This document shows, in pieces, positions 27,006-37,332 of a stretch of 64,000 bases of DNA. Origin of the DNA: a virus; IMG/VR virus record IMGVR_UViG_3300031787_000005, one strand, 5' to 3'. The first letter of the stretch is position 1, and each line of letters opens with the position of its first letter. Under the pieces are notes generated by a model. It had not been told where the DNA came from. It saw nothing but the letters and a program-made list of their open reading frames with translations, and made no database searches. Made by a program: the position numbers and the translations under genes.

Positions 27006-27032
27006 TTTTTACACCTACAAAATCAATTATTG

Positions 27033-27932
27033 TTATTTAGTTTGCTCTAGATCAGCGATTCTTTGTTTTAAATCTTCAATCTGTTGCTGTTGTTCTTTCA
27101 TACCTTCAATCAGAAGTGCCACGAGATTTTCATACTTGACACCCTTAACGGACATTTTTTGAGTTTTTGCTGCTAGATCAGGATCATCAAATACTGGAGC
27201 ATTCGGTATAATTTCAAATTGTCGTACAACTTCTGGCACAACTTTTTCTACCTCTTGTGCGATAACACCTATTTCACCATTTGGATTTTCTTGTGCTTTT
27301 TCAGGCCAAATATCTTCCTTCCAATTAAAAGAAACTCCTTGTAACTGAAGGATCTTATCCAGAGCATTTTCTAGTGGTTCAATATCTTTTTTTAGATTAA
27401 AATCAGAAGATGGGCAAGGAGCACAAATAGGAGCACCATTATAAGTCCAAGTTCCAGTTAATGCTCCTGTTGCAGTATTAATAGTAATTCCAGATGCACC
27501 TCCACCAATTTCAACCAATCCACCATTAAGGTCTATTCTTGATGCATTTACTGTATAGTTTGGAGTACAAGTATTATCTTCAGGAACTGCCTTTCCTCTA
27601 AATGAATTCAATCCCTGCATAACAGCAGAAAGAGAAATATCAGATGCTCCAATAACAGTATGACTTCCAATAGTTATGTTAGATCCAACAGTACAATGAG
27701 TTCCTGTAAATAACCCCAATCCAAGGAAATTAGTCGTTAGAGGTTTATCTAAACAAGGACCTGCAGCAAGAGCTGCTGTTCCATATAATGCAGTCGATCC
27801 ACTTCCAAAATATCCAGCGTAAATTGAAGCTGTGCCAGGTACTAAACTGCGAAGAAATTTTGGAAGAACTACAGCAGTGTCAAATAATGGATGAATGACA
27901 CTAAAACTAAAAACATCTAAATCGTCGAACAT
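27033..27932 (-). CDS. Spike/fibre-like protein with S74 intramolecular chaperone
   Basis: SSDFNLKKDIEPL..ALDKILQLQGVSFNWK..GVIAQEVEKVVPEVV..VKYENL. Confidence 0.75.
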   Translation of the reverse strand: MFDDLDVFSFSVIHPLFDTAVVLPKFLRSLVPGTASIYAGYFGSGSTALYGTAALAAGPCLDKPLTTNFLGLGLFTGTHCTVGSNITIGSHTVIGASDISLSAVMQGLNSFRGKAVPEDNTCTPNYTVNASRIDLNGGLVEIGGGASGITINTATGALTGTWTYNGAPICAPCPSSDFNLKKDIEPLENALDKILQLQGVSFNWKEDIWPEKAQENPNGEIGVIAQEVEKVVPEVVRQFEIIPNAPVFDDPDLAAKTQKMSVKGVKYENLVALLIEGMKEQQQQIEDLKQRIADLEQTK

Positions 27933-27937
27933 AATTG

Positions 27938-28531
27938 TTACTTACAACTTTCGGTTACACCAGCGATAACATCGGCAAAAGGAATGCCCAGACTTTTCAA
28001 TAAGGTAGATAACGGAGATCCACCTTTTTGAACTTCACCAACGATATTAATAAAATGATCCGTTACAATATTAACCTCAGCGGTTCCCTTAATACAAACT
28101 TTAGTCCCGGTTAAAGTTAATTGTTCTCCACTATGAACAACAACTGCTCCATTTGAAGATAACATGAAGCACCCATTAGTTTTCTTTTCACCTTGAGTTT
28201 CAATGTACATATTCTTACAAAGAAACTTGATATTTCCACCTTGAGCATTAAAAACAAGATCACCAGTTTTAGCATTCAAAGAAAATGCAATATCTTCTTT
28301 GGATGGTTTATCTCTATTTTTCTGTAAGTTGTGTCCACAAGTGATATGATATGGACCTTGAACGTGCTCCATTTTGGAGCCATCAGTCTTATATTTAAAA
28401 GTTGAGTTTGATGCAACAGCCAGACGAAATTGCGTTCCATCATCAGCTTCTTTTGGTCCACCTGGTCCAAAAAACATAATCCCATGGGGATTATCAGTAA
28501 CAATATATTCTGGAGGTCTATTAGTTGCCAT
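27938..28531 (-). CDS. gp5 C-terminal-like (beta-helix) baseplate spike protein
   Basis: Position after gp5 N-terminal gene; repeated beta-strand pattern (VVVHSGEQLTLTGTKVCIKG...INIVG). Confidence 0.5.
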   Translation of the reverse strand: MATNRPPEYIVTDNPHGIMFFGPGGPKEADDGTQFRLAVASNSTFKYKTDGSKMEHVQGPYHITCGHNLQKNRDKPSKEDIAFSLNAKTGDLVFNAQGGNIKFLCKNMYIETQGEKKTNGCFMLSSNGAVVVHSGEQLTLTGTKVCIKGTAEVNIVTDHFINIVGEVQKGGSPLSTLLKSLGIPFADVIAGVTESCK

Positions 28532-30924
28532 TACTTAAGAACACACTGAGTAACTTTGATCAATTGTGCCGCATTGAAATCTGGTCTATTATTGTTTGCA
28601 GCAAGGTAATCATTCTTTTCTGTAAATGCAATAATAGGTCTTACTTCTAAACCAGCGCCTGTTTTACTATTTATTGTGATTGTAGGTGTCTCGGTGATAC
28701 CACAACCTGCAGTTTCAACAACCATTGCCACAATTTGCCCCACATCTGTCATTTGCACCTTTACCTGCAAACCAGGTATATCTGGTGTTATTGATATACT
28801 ATCATTCACAGTATATCCAATTCCTGTGCTCAATATTTCAATTTCTTCAAGACATCCAACATATTCCCTAACATCATTTTCAACTACTTCTTCTTCCACT
28901 CTTTCTTGAAATTCATCCAATCCCGTAGGTGAATTAACATATCCCCTTCCAGTATTAACCATAATAACTTTAATGACTTCACCAACATTATTTGTAATTG
29001 TATAAGCAGAGGCAAAATTTCCCTGCCCACAATTATCATTGAAAGTCACAAATGGTGGAGAAGTATACCCCTGACCACCATATCTTAAGTTAACTCCCAA
29101 TACTTCCCCTATATTGTTAACAATTGCATCTCCAACTGCTCCAGATCCACCGCCACCAAAAAACTCAACCTGTGGAGGTCCACATCTCCATGCTCCAGTG
29201 TTACATCTTAATTGACTTTCATATCTTCCAGGTATACTTTGATTTAGATTTGTAAAATCTTTACCAAAAACTGTAGCTCCAGTAAGAATATTATTTTTAT
29301 CTAAGAATCCACCAACTTTATCTAGTACCCATTTTTCAGCTTCTGCAGCATCGGGTATCGGTATCATCTTATCGAATGCCTCTTTCATTGAATTTGTAGA
29401 TCCACTACCAATTTTGAAAGATTTAATTTCTGGACAATCTGGTTTAGCGCATAAAAATGCCTCAAATCCAAGAATATAATCAACTGCCTGGAATACAGAC
29501 CCTGCAATTTTTGCAACTCCACCTAATACATCATTGATTTTATTTAAAATAGGTTTCAGTTGTTTATCAATCGATGCTGATAGATTATTTAATAGTGCAT
29601 TTGTGAATTGTTCAACAGCACAGAACGCTGCATTGATAACGTTGCCAATAAGAGAGAATAGAAAATCAGTAACCAACTTAGTCAATCCATCAATAATTTT
29701 ATCGAAAGCACAAAGAATTGAATCAATGATAACTTTGATAACTGTATTTTTCAATGCCTTTGTCAAAGAAGTCATTATTTTATTGATTATTTTTTCGATT
29801 AATTTACGTATCAAATTCAGAATAAAATTCCTCATTCTTTGAATCAATAGTTTCAAGACAGCACTAATGATTACAGCGGTATTGCCAATGATAGCAGTTA
29901 TATTTCGAATCTTATTGATTGTTCCTTTGACATAAACATTATAAAACTTTTTAGATTCTTTCAAGAAATTAAAGAATTTCAACAGAGCATTATTAATTCC
30001 TGCAAGCGTGCTTTTCCCACATGGATCTGCCATAGTATTAATCTCTTCTTCTATCTCCTCCTCCATTGCTCTCAATTGACTATAATTAAATCCATCCTTA
30101 CATTTTTTATCGGGTGCGGACCAACCATTGTTTGCATCATTAACTGGGCGACATTCAGCAACTCTCTTCTTAATCTCATCAAGAATTGCCTGTTTGCGTT
30201 GACGTAGACTGAGATAGTTATCTATTTGTGGTCCAAATTTATTTCGTAGTTCTTGTGTAACTCCTGTTCCACCATTATCTGTTAATCTATCATATAAAGT
30301 TTCTTTCCCAGCATCACCAGGAAGTGTGGGATCAATTAAAGTATTCTGAAGAGTGACAACAGAATCTTGTAAGAATCCATCAACTAAGGTTTTATCTTGT
30401 AATAATTCTGTTGTACTACGATCTTTGAATAAATTAATATCAGCATCAATTGCAAGAGGTTCAGTAAAAGGAATTACCGGAAGTGATTGTACTTCTGTAG
30501 TTGGAACTACAACTTTTTGAAGTTCTGGTCCATTTCCTTTTGCGGCTTGCTCGGACAATGCTGCTTTTGTATCAGGATTACTCGTTTTCGATGCTGCCTG
30601 AGTTCCATCAGAATATGTGATTGTTACATCAAGACCATTACCATCAACACTAAACTTGGTATTACTTATTGGATCAAAGTACTTTGCGTTTGGTGGGACA
30701 ACATATGTACTTGTTGTTGGATTCTTTGCTGGTGTTTGTGTCGTTGTTGTTTTATATGTTGATTCGTCTTTGGATATATTGTTTTTTAAATCATAAAGAA
30801 GCGCAGAATCAGTGACATTGATTAAAGTTCCATTTGATTGGACTTCTTTCCATACACCATTTATACGCTTATAAGTGATGCCCTGTATTTTTCTAGTAAC
30901 ATTAGCTGGTGTAACCATTATCAA
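28531..30924 (-). CDS. Baseplate hub-associated protein (gp5 middle-like region)
   Basis: 797 aa; C.PP.VEFFGGGGSGA...VN.G.GY.S.P.V motifs typical of cyanomyovirus gp5 interiors. Confidence 0.6.
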   Translation of the reverse strand: MIMVTPANVTRKIQGITYKRINGVWKEVQSNGTLINVTDSALLYDLKNNISKDESTYKTTTTQTPAKNPTTSTYVVPPNAKYFDPISNTKFSVDGNGLDVTITYSDGTQAASKTSNPDTKAALSEQAAKGNGPELQKVVVPTTEVQSLPVIPFTEPLAIDADINLFKDRSTTELLQDKTLVDGFLQDSVVTLQNTLIDPTLPGDAGKETLYDRLTDNGGTGVTQELRNKFGPQIDNYLSLRQRKQAILDEIKKRVAECRPVNDANNGWSAPDKKCKDGFNYSQLRAMEEEIEEEINTMADPCGKSTLAGINNALLKFFNFLKESKKFYNVYVKGTINKIRNITAIIGNTAVIISAVLKLLIQRMRNFILNLIRKLIEKIINKIMTSLTKALKNTVIKVIIDSILCAFDKIIDGLTKLVTDFLFSLIGNVINAAFCAVEQFTNALLNNLSASIDKQLKPILNKINDVLGGVAKIAGSVFQAVDYILGFEAFLCAKPDCPEIKSFKIGSGSTNSMKEAFDKMIPIPDAAEAEKWVLDKVGGFLDKNNILTGATVFGKDFTNLNQSIPGRYESQLRCNTGAWRCGPPQVEFFGGGGSGAVGDAIVNNIGEVLGVNLRYGGQGYTSPPFVTFNDNCGQGNFASAYTITNNVGEVIKVIMVNTGRGYVNSPTGLDEFQERVEEEVVENDVREYVGCLEEIEILSTGIGYTVNDSISITPDIPGLQVKVQMTDVGQIVAMVVETAGCGITETPTITINSKTGAGLEVRPIIAFTEKNDYLAANNNRPDFNAAQLIKVTQCVLK

Positions 30925-30948
30925 TCAACCTCTCGTATTTGATATTTA

Positions 30949-31632
30949 TTAGACAGTTCGATCATTGATACCTATTATTCCTGCTCGAATCGCATCAGAT
31001 TCTGCATCCGATATTGTTTGAGATGTAATATATGGTAGCTTGCTGCTTCTAATATCATTTAGTTCTTTTAATGTAATTGAAGTATCTCCAGGACCCGTAT
31101 ATGTACCGCCAGGAAGAACTGTTGGAACTGCTGGTTCGACTTGCGAATTTTTAGCTTTATTAAAATCTTCTTGTGATGGAATTGCGGGTTCAGTTGGTTT
31201 TGCACCACCTAAAATTTTATGAGAAGGTGGATTGAATCCAAAATTGTAAGATACTACATTTTTAAATTCTGTGGATCCTTTTTGTTTTACCTCATCTAAA
31301 TCAATAATTTCACCAGATTCTGATCTGGTTAAAATCGCAGTGATTACTGGAACCTGATTATAGGCATCTAAAAAGTATCCTCTAACCCATTCACCGCCCG
31401 CTAATCCAGTTGTTGAACGATTGAAACTTCCTTGTGTTGTTGGTCTTTCAACCATTGCCCAAGGTAATTTGCTATCTGGTAATTTAGATCCAGATTTATC
31501 ATGAATACCAACGATTCTTACTCTAACACGATCAAATCCATCTGGATTGTATCGATCCTCAAGTTGATTGACGGCAACTTGACCAATCCACCATTGAAAA
31601 TTATCCTTCCCAGTAAAACCTGTATTTGACAT
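30949..31632 (-). CDS. gp5: gp5 N-terminal OB-fold domain protein (baseplate hub)
   Basis: FQWWIGQV...RVRVRIVGIH..LPD..LPWA..GEWVRGYFLD...PVI. Confidence 0.8.
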   Translation of the reverse strand: MSNTGFTGKDNFQWWIGQVAVNQLEDRYNPDGFDRVRVRIVGIHDKSGSKLPDSKLPWAMVERPTTQGSFNRSTTGLAGGEWVRGYFLDAYNQVPVITAILTRSESGEIIDLDEVKQKGSTEFKNVVSYNFGFNPPSHKILGGAKPTEPAIPSQEDFNKAKNSQVEPAVPTVLPGGTYTGPGDTSITLKELNDIRSSKLPYITSQTISDAESDAIRAGIIGINDRTV

Positions 31633-31639
31633 GTTTCTA

Positions 31640-32878
31640 TTAACCTGGTGTGTCCTTAACTAAGGTTAAAGAAGTATACGATCTAGTCGTATCAAAATGA
31701 TGGCAGATATTCAATATCAAATATTTACCACTTTCAATTTCATCATATTCAGTATCACCTTTAACATTAATATTAATCAATCCACCAACAAGTAAATTTG
31801 GATTGCAAGGAATCACAACATTCAACATCTTACTGAAAAGTATGTTGTACCTGGAGGTAGAATATGCCTGCCATTCCATTGCATTATTATTTACCTTAGT
31901 TGATTTAGATTCTAACATTCCAACATCTAAAATATGAAAATGAGTTCTTGTAAAATCAGTATCTTCAGAAACAAAACTAGATGCAGTTTTTACAGATTTC
32001 CCTAAGGTGTTTGGTTTCTTAATTGGTTTGTCACCAAGAGTCATTTCCCCCTTATCAGTAATTTTAAAAATTAATTCAGTATATTCTAACAAACGAGGAT
32101 CAAAGAAAATATTTCTAGTACAATAAACACCACTCTTCAAAGCATTCAATGTTGATTGATTTCTGATTGTTCTAAATGATAAGATTCTATAATCATGATT
32201 CTCATCATTTTTTAAAATGGCATTATATTCATAAGATATTGGATATGGATCTTGTTCTATCATTTTACTGATTGATCTGAAATGAATCCCCAACTGATTT
32301 TCAAAGAAGAAATAACCTGGGAGACCATCACTACCATAAGGAATAGATTTTTGACATAATTCTATAATGATTTTGAATGCATCTTTACTTGATCCAAGAA
32401 AATTATAAGTGTTTAGTGTTTGGTCAATAAAAAGTTTGTTTGGTAAAATACCAAGTTCTTTGGTCAAAATTTTTCTTACAGAATCTGATATCTTTCCTGT
32501 GTATTTTTCTGTTAAGGTTGTCTTTAAATTTTCTTCTGCGGTCTCAGACATCAAAGACATTGCAACCAGTTCACGATTTGGTTCCTTTTCAGCAACAGGA
32601 GCACCAATAATTCGTAGAGGCTTATTATTAAAATCTAGAGTTCCCAGTTTAGATTTAATTGAAAATGATACTTTCTCATTACCTTGTATTGGTAACTTAG
32701 ACATCAATCGATTTGTATCAACTAGTGCAATATTAGCAGTGACGATTGGTGAAAAAAGACTCTCATAATAATCAAAAGAAACGGTGGATGTTCTTTGATC
32801 TATACCAGAAATTGGATAAGACGTTTGATTTTTTATAATTGATATATTTTCGTAAATTGATGGACTTACTGCTGACAT
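31640..32878 (-). CDS. Baseplate hub subunit (gp27-like)
   Basis: FDYYESLFSP..TA.I..VDT; YFFFENQLGIHFRSI; SGKYLI..ICH.F; between hub and gp5 genes. Confidence 0.65.
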   Translation of the reverse strand: MSAVSPSIYENISIIKNQTSYPISGIDQRTSTVSFDYYESLFSPIVTANIALVDTNRLMSKLPIQGNEKVSFSIKSKLGTLDFNNKPLRIIGAPVAEKEPNRELVAMSLMSETAEENLKTTLTEKYTGKISDSVRKILTKELGILPNKLFIDQTLNTYNFLGSSKDAFKIIIELCQKSIPYGSDGLPGYFFFENQLGIHFRSISKMIEQDPYPISYEYNAILKNDENHDYRILSFRTIRNQSTLNALKSGVYCTRNIFFDPRLLEYTELIFKITDKGEMTLGDKPIKKPNTLGKSVKTASSFVSEDTDFTRTHFHILDVGMLESKSTKVNNNAMEWQAYSTSRYNILFSKMLNVVIPCNPNLLVGGLININVKGDTEYDEIESGKYLILNICHHFDTTRSYTSLTLVKDTPG

Positions 32879-32884
32879 TTTTAA

Positions 32885-34543
32885 TTATCCGAGACTTGAA
32901 AATGCGCTATTAGAATAAGAAGATCCACCACCTCCTGATGATCTTCTTTCCATCGCTACTGGAGTGGGAAGTGGAACACCAACTGGTTGTACAAAAGTCT
33001 GAGTTACTAAGTATGTAGTTTGATTTTGTAAAGAAGATTGCTCATTACCACGCTCTAATGTATTCAATAAATCACCAACACCTTCGGCAACAGGATCTAC
33101 TTTAGATTTTGCTGCTTTAATTTTTTTCTTTACTTCTGCAGATGGACCACCACTTAAATGCCCAAGAAGATATTGTTGACCATTCTCATCCATAATAATT
33201 GTAACATTTCCATAACCAGCATTTTCACCAGCTGAATATTCAACAAATTTTAACCCTGGTCCTAAAGTAATTGGTGTTCCGCTGGGGGCTGGAAAATCAA
33301 ATCCTCTATGCCCTCTGCCTGCACCAAGACCATCACCTTGAGACATCTTAGAAAGAGGAACTCCCCCAATGAAAACACCATTCAAAATACTTTTTGAAAG
33401 TGCTCTACCACCACGATCACCCCATCCATTACCCCATTCAACATGTAAGTGTGGTCCAGTGGATCTTCCCGTACTTCCAATTCTACCAATAATACTACCA
33501 GGATCAACAGGAACTGAAGTTGAAGGAGTAAATGGATCCTGTTGTCCAGATCTTTGTGCTCCTGGATCCATATCATCAAGTGGTTTACTTTTATCTTTTT
33601 TATCTAATCCAAAAAATTGCAAGAATTTGGAGAAAGATTGATTAACCTGCTCAAAGGTATCATTGATACCTTCTTTATCTGATAGGAGTTGTGCGTTTAT
33701 TTTTGTTCCGAAAGAAACAGTTTGAAAATTATCAAAAGAATCTACACTTTCAATTGCATTTGATCCCATCGGAGTTGCAGTAACTCCTCTAAATCCACTA
33801 GAGATTGTTGCTTTGTTTGTGCCAGTATTTTTTGCTTTAACAGTTCCACCTTTTGCAAGTCCTTGTGGTTTTTGAACTGGTGCTTGCTGTGACGATGGTG
33901 TTGGTGCTGGAGAAGGAGAAGATGCTGATGGTGTTGGAGATGGAGTTGTGGAAGGATACATTGATCCTGGTGCCCCAGGAAGACCAAGACCCTTATTAGG
34001 AACTGGATCTTGAGTTGGGTTTAAAAATTTGTTCCAAATATTATAAGCAGCTTCTGCGATTGCAATCGTCCTATCAATCTCTTTTGCAACATATCTTCTT
34101 TCATTATCAATAGCAGACATTACACCTTGAGGATATTCTGTAACTAACCATATCATTCCCATAATTCCTTCACCAATTATTTTCAACGTTGTCTTTGTAA
34201 TCTTAATTAATAAAGCATTATCAGAGAAAAATCTTTTAAGTCTATCAATCATCTGAGGGAGATTATTAACAAACAATCCGAGAAGAACAAGACCGAAAAA
34301 TTCTTTGACTTTATCAAAAAATCCTAGTGGACCTGCAAGAACTCTCGACTTAACACTCTCGATTGTTTTTCCAATTCCGGATTCTATCTTCTGCTCCTTT
34401 TCTTTTCGCTTTTCTTGATTTTCAAAAGTAGCAGTTAATCTATTCTCTTCGACTCTAAGTTTACGCAGTTCCTTATTGTAACCAACCAATGAGTTCCTAA
34501 GATTGGATGCATTAATTCTTAATCGCGTTACTTGTGCTTCCAT
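32885..34543 (-). CDS. Baseplate hub/tape-measure-like protein with M23 peptidase domain (permuted)
   Basis: GSTGRSTGPHLHVE, HRGFDF, GYGN, GHLS motifs; N-terminal coiled coil. Confidence 0.75.
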   Translation of the reverse strand: MEAQVTRLRINASNLRNSLVGYNKELRKLRVEENRLTATFENQEKRKEKEQKIESGIGKTIESVKSRVLAGPLGFFDKVKEFFGLVLLGLFVNNLPQMIDRLKRFFSDNALLIKITKTTLKIIGEGIMGMIWLVTEYPQGVMSAIDNERRYVAKEIDRTIAIAEAAYNIWNKFLNPTQDPVPNKGLGLPGAPGSMYPSTTPSPTPSASSPSPAPTPSSQQAPVQKPQGLAKGGTVKAKNTGTNKATISSGFRGVTATPMGSNAIESVDSFDNFQTVSFGTKINAQLLSDKEGINDTFEQVNQSFSKFLQFFGLDKKDKSKPLDDMDPGAQRSGQQDPFTPSTSVPVDPGSIIGRIGSTGRSTGPHLHVEWGNGWGDRGGRALSKSILNGVFIGGVPLSKMSQGDGLGAGRGHRGFDFPAPSGTPITLGPGLKFVEYSAGENAGYGNVTIIMDENGQQYLLGHLSGGPSAEVKKKIKAAKSKVDPVAEGVGDLLNTLERGNEQSSLQNQTTYLVTQTFVQPVGVPLPTPVAMERRSSGGGGSSYSNSAFSSLG

Positions 34544-34546
34544 ATC

Positions 34547-36394
34547 TTATACAAAAATCCCCAACATTTCTGGTACAATTTGCATATATGGATTTGCCAT
34601 ATTTACACTGGAAACACTTGGTTCTTCTGTTTCTACTCCACCCGCAGCACTATATTGTGGCACCCCAGACATTGGTAACGTTTGTGATGGTAAGTTTATT
34701 GGTACAATTGATGATGTTGCACTTTTCTTAACAGGTCTCTTAATATCAGAATGTAGTACAAGTTCTGGAGAAACCATATTTGAACTTGTTCTTCTCTCTG
34801 CATATCCACCATTTCCAATTTCTTTAGTTTTTTTAACCCTCTCTTCATTAACAAACTTATCCAATTGACCTTTAAATGTTGTTAGTTGAGCAGCAAGAAT
34901 TTGTAATGCACTCTTCATTGTTGAGTTTGATACTACCAGTCCCCCAACAGCATCAGAAAAAGTAGTCCACATTCTTCCAGCATTATTATTAATGTCTTTC
35001 AAAAGTGGTCTGAACATCATTGCTGCTGATGCACGAATAACTTCTTCACCAGGAGCAAGCATCGCTGGAACACTATCAACACTTCCAGATCCAGTGCCAC
35101 CAACAGTTCCACCTAATGATCTTCTGATTGGTAGTTTTGTGCTTTTTGCCTGTTTTACAATATCAATAATATTTTGAGCACTAGATGGTTTTGCAGATCC
35201 GGATCTTAATGCTGCTTGTATTTGTTCTGGAGTATATTGTACCTGTTGTTTCCCAGACAAATTTGTAAATGTTCTAATGCCAGAAGCAGCAGGAGCAGGT
35301 GGAGGTGTTACTGGTTTTGGTCCTCTTATTCCAATACTACTTAATCTTGTCCATAAACCACCAATAGTAGCTGTTGTAAGGGCACCACCACTAGCTAAAG
35401 CACCGATTAATCCAGCAACAACCAATCCAAGAGCGTCAACTCCTGGAGCTTTAGTTTGTCCGCCTTTTAAGAGATCCTCTCTAACTCCTGGTGGTAAGTT
35501 TGATAAATCCCCATATATGCTTTTGGGTTTTTGTCCTGGTTGTTGAACTGGTTGTTGAACTGGTTTCTGTCTTGGAATTAAACCAAATAAAGGAGAAAAG
35601 ACTCTCGTTTTCTTTAAAGTTTCGGCAAGTTTTTCAGCAGCAGCTCCACCAATATCTTTTATGCAATTTAAAACTGGACCACATCCTCCGCCAGCAGGTC
35701 CACCTCCACTAGGACCACCTCCCCCACCTGGTTTTCCACCACCTGGTGGTTTTGGTGGTCTCTTAAATAGATCAACTATTCGTTTTAGAGCACTAACTAT
35801 CTTTAAGAGTTTATATGCACCATAAAGAGCAAGTAACTCTTTCCAATGATTTGCAACAAATTTGAAGAATTTAGCAAGTTTTTGTTGATTTGCTGGATTT
35901 TCTAACCACTTGAACGCATTATTAACCAATAATCCAGTTACAATAATACTAAAAAAATCTAATATTTTTTGGAATATACTTTTTGCTGGAGATGTTACAA
36001 CATCAAAAGTTTTCATAATGCCAGAACCAAATTGTCTTACAGACTCAATGGCCTTTTCTTTTGTCCCTACCCTTTCTCTCGTTACCTTTATCTTGCTAGC
36101 TCGTAATGCCTGCCTCTTTTCAGTAATCCTATTCGCAAAATCAAGAGATAATTGTTTTTGAATTTCTACGAGAATTCTATTTGTCTCTTGTAAACTTACA
36201 TCTAAACTAGTTGTTTCTGCCTTTAGACTAGATCCTACGGTACCACGTCTTTCGCCACCAATAAAACTAAAAGTAGATCTCTTTAATCTTGGACTAGAAG
36301 CAATCTGAGCACCAGTCATTACCGAAGAAGATATGTTTCTTCTACTTAACTTTGGTAATGATGGTGCTCTGTAAATTTGGTTGTTAAATTCCAC
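34547..36394 (-). CDS. Tape-measure/gp29-like baseplate hub protein
   Basis: 615 aa, coiled coil plus Pro/Gly-rich linker, DSVPAMLAPGEEVI motif, adjacent to gp51. Confidence 0.6.
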   Translation of the reverse strand: MEFNNQIYRAPSLPKLSRRNISSSVMTGAQIASSPRLKRSTFSFIGGERRGTVGSSLKAETTSLDVSLQETNRILVEIQKQLSLDFANRITEKRQALRASKIKVTRERVGTKEKAIESVRQFGSGIMKTFDVVTSPAKSIFQKILDFFSIIVTGLLVNNAFKWLENPANQQKLAKFFKFVANHWKELLALYGAYKLLKIVSALKRIVDLFKRPPKPPGGGKPGGGGGPSGGGPAGGGCGPVLNCIKDIGGAAAEKLAETLKKTRVFSPLFGLIPRQKPVQQPVQQPGQKPKSIYGDLSNLPPGVREDLLKGGQTKAPGVDALGLVVAGLIGALASGGALTTATIGGLWTRLSSIGIRGPKPVTPPPAPAASGIRTFTNLSGKQQVQYTPEQIQAALRSGSAKPSSAQNIIDIVKQAKSTKLPIRRSLGGTVGGTGSGSVDSVPAMLAPGEEVIRASAAMMFRPLLKDINNNAGRMWTTFSDAVGGLVVSNSTMKSALQILAAQLTTFKGQLDKFVNEERVKKTKEIGNGGYAERRTSSNMVSPELVLHSDIKRPVKKSATSSIVPINLPSQTLPMSGVPQYSAAGGVETEEPSVSSVNMANPYMQIVPEMLGIFV

Positions 36395-36563
36395 TAGATT
36401 GCTGTGCCTTTAAGTTTTCTTCTTCAATATAATCTTGAAGCAGACCAATATAAACTTCACGCTCCCAAGGCATCATATTTTCAATCTCTGTCAATGAATA
36501 TTTATGATGATGCATGAGGGCAAAATTAATTTGATAGTATGACTCAAGACTAGTATGAGCCAT
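36384..36563 (-). CDS. gp51: Baseplate hub assembly catalyst gp51
   Basis: Hand translation MAHTSLESYYQINFALMHHHKYSLTEIENMMPWEREVYIGLL... Confidence 0.85.
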   Translation of the reverse strand: MAHTSLESYYQINFALMHHHKYSLTEIENMMPWEREVYIGLLQDYIEEENLKAQQSSGI

Positions 36564-36565
36564 AC

Positions 36566-37288
36566 TTAGATGAAAAAAGCAGCTAGACCCTCCAGGACAA
36601 CTTCACTTTCAACTTTTGTGTTTGGATTTTTAACTTTAATTGTATGAGCAAGTTTAGGCATTGTTACAAAAAAGTTTTCAATTTCTTTAAACTGCTTTGT
36701 ATTCATTTGCTCTACAAATTCTTCAAGTTCTTCCTTACTACAATCTGATGCACTCCAAGATTCCTCTTGATCATAAACAGTATCAATACAAGAAATAATC
36801 AAAGAAAGTGACTTATCAACATTGGTGTTTTCTTCAGATACCTCAAAATTATTTTCAACAAACTGCTCAAGAGATGGATACTTGAGTTTCATTGAAAGAT
36901 TATCATCAAGTTTAATAATATTAGTGTGTGCAGGATCTTTTTGAACCTTGATAGAATCAATCGCAATTTCTTCTTTTACTTGTGTTATGCCATCATCAGG
37001 ACAAGTTACATTAACCTCAACAGTTTCACCAACTGACTTGGCACGAACATTAAGGAAGAGATATTCAATATCAAATGTCGATAGTTCTGATACTTTTACA
37101 GTTTTAGTCAGAATACAATCCGATAAGATTTGAACAATTGAACTTGAGATTTGCTTTGTATCTTCAGATTCTAATGCAATTAACAGAATTTTTTCTTCTC
37201 TAACTAGGAAAGGACGATATCTAATTTTTTTCCCAGTAGAAGGTAATTCCAACTCATACGTTGGAGTATTAATCTTTGGTAAAGGCAT
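36566..37288 (-). CDS. gp26: Baseplate hub subunit gp26
   Basis: MPLPKINTPTYELELPSTGKKIRYRPFLVREEKILL; FDIEYLFL.VRAKSVGE. Confidence 0.9.
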   Translation of the reverse strand: MPLPKINTPTYELELPSTGKKIRYRPFLVREEKILLIALESEDTKQISSSIVQILSDCILTKTVKVSELSTFDIEYLFLNVRAKSVGETVEVNVTCPDDGITQVKEEIAIDSIKVQKDPAHTNIIKLDDNLSMKLKYPSLEQFVENNFEVSEENTNVDKSLSLIISCIDTVYDQEESWSASDCSKEELEEFVEQMNTKQFKEIENFFVTMPKLAHTIKVKNPNTKVESEVVLEGLAAFFI

Positions 37289-37332
37289 AATGACCTATAA
37301 AACTTCAGTTGTGATTATTTAGACCCAATTAT

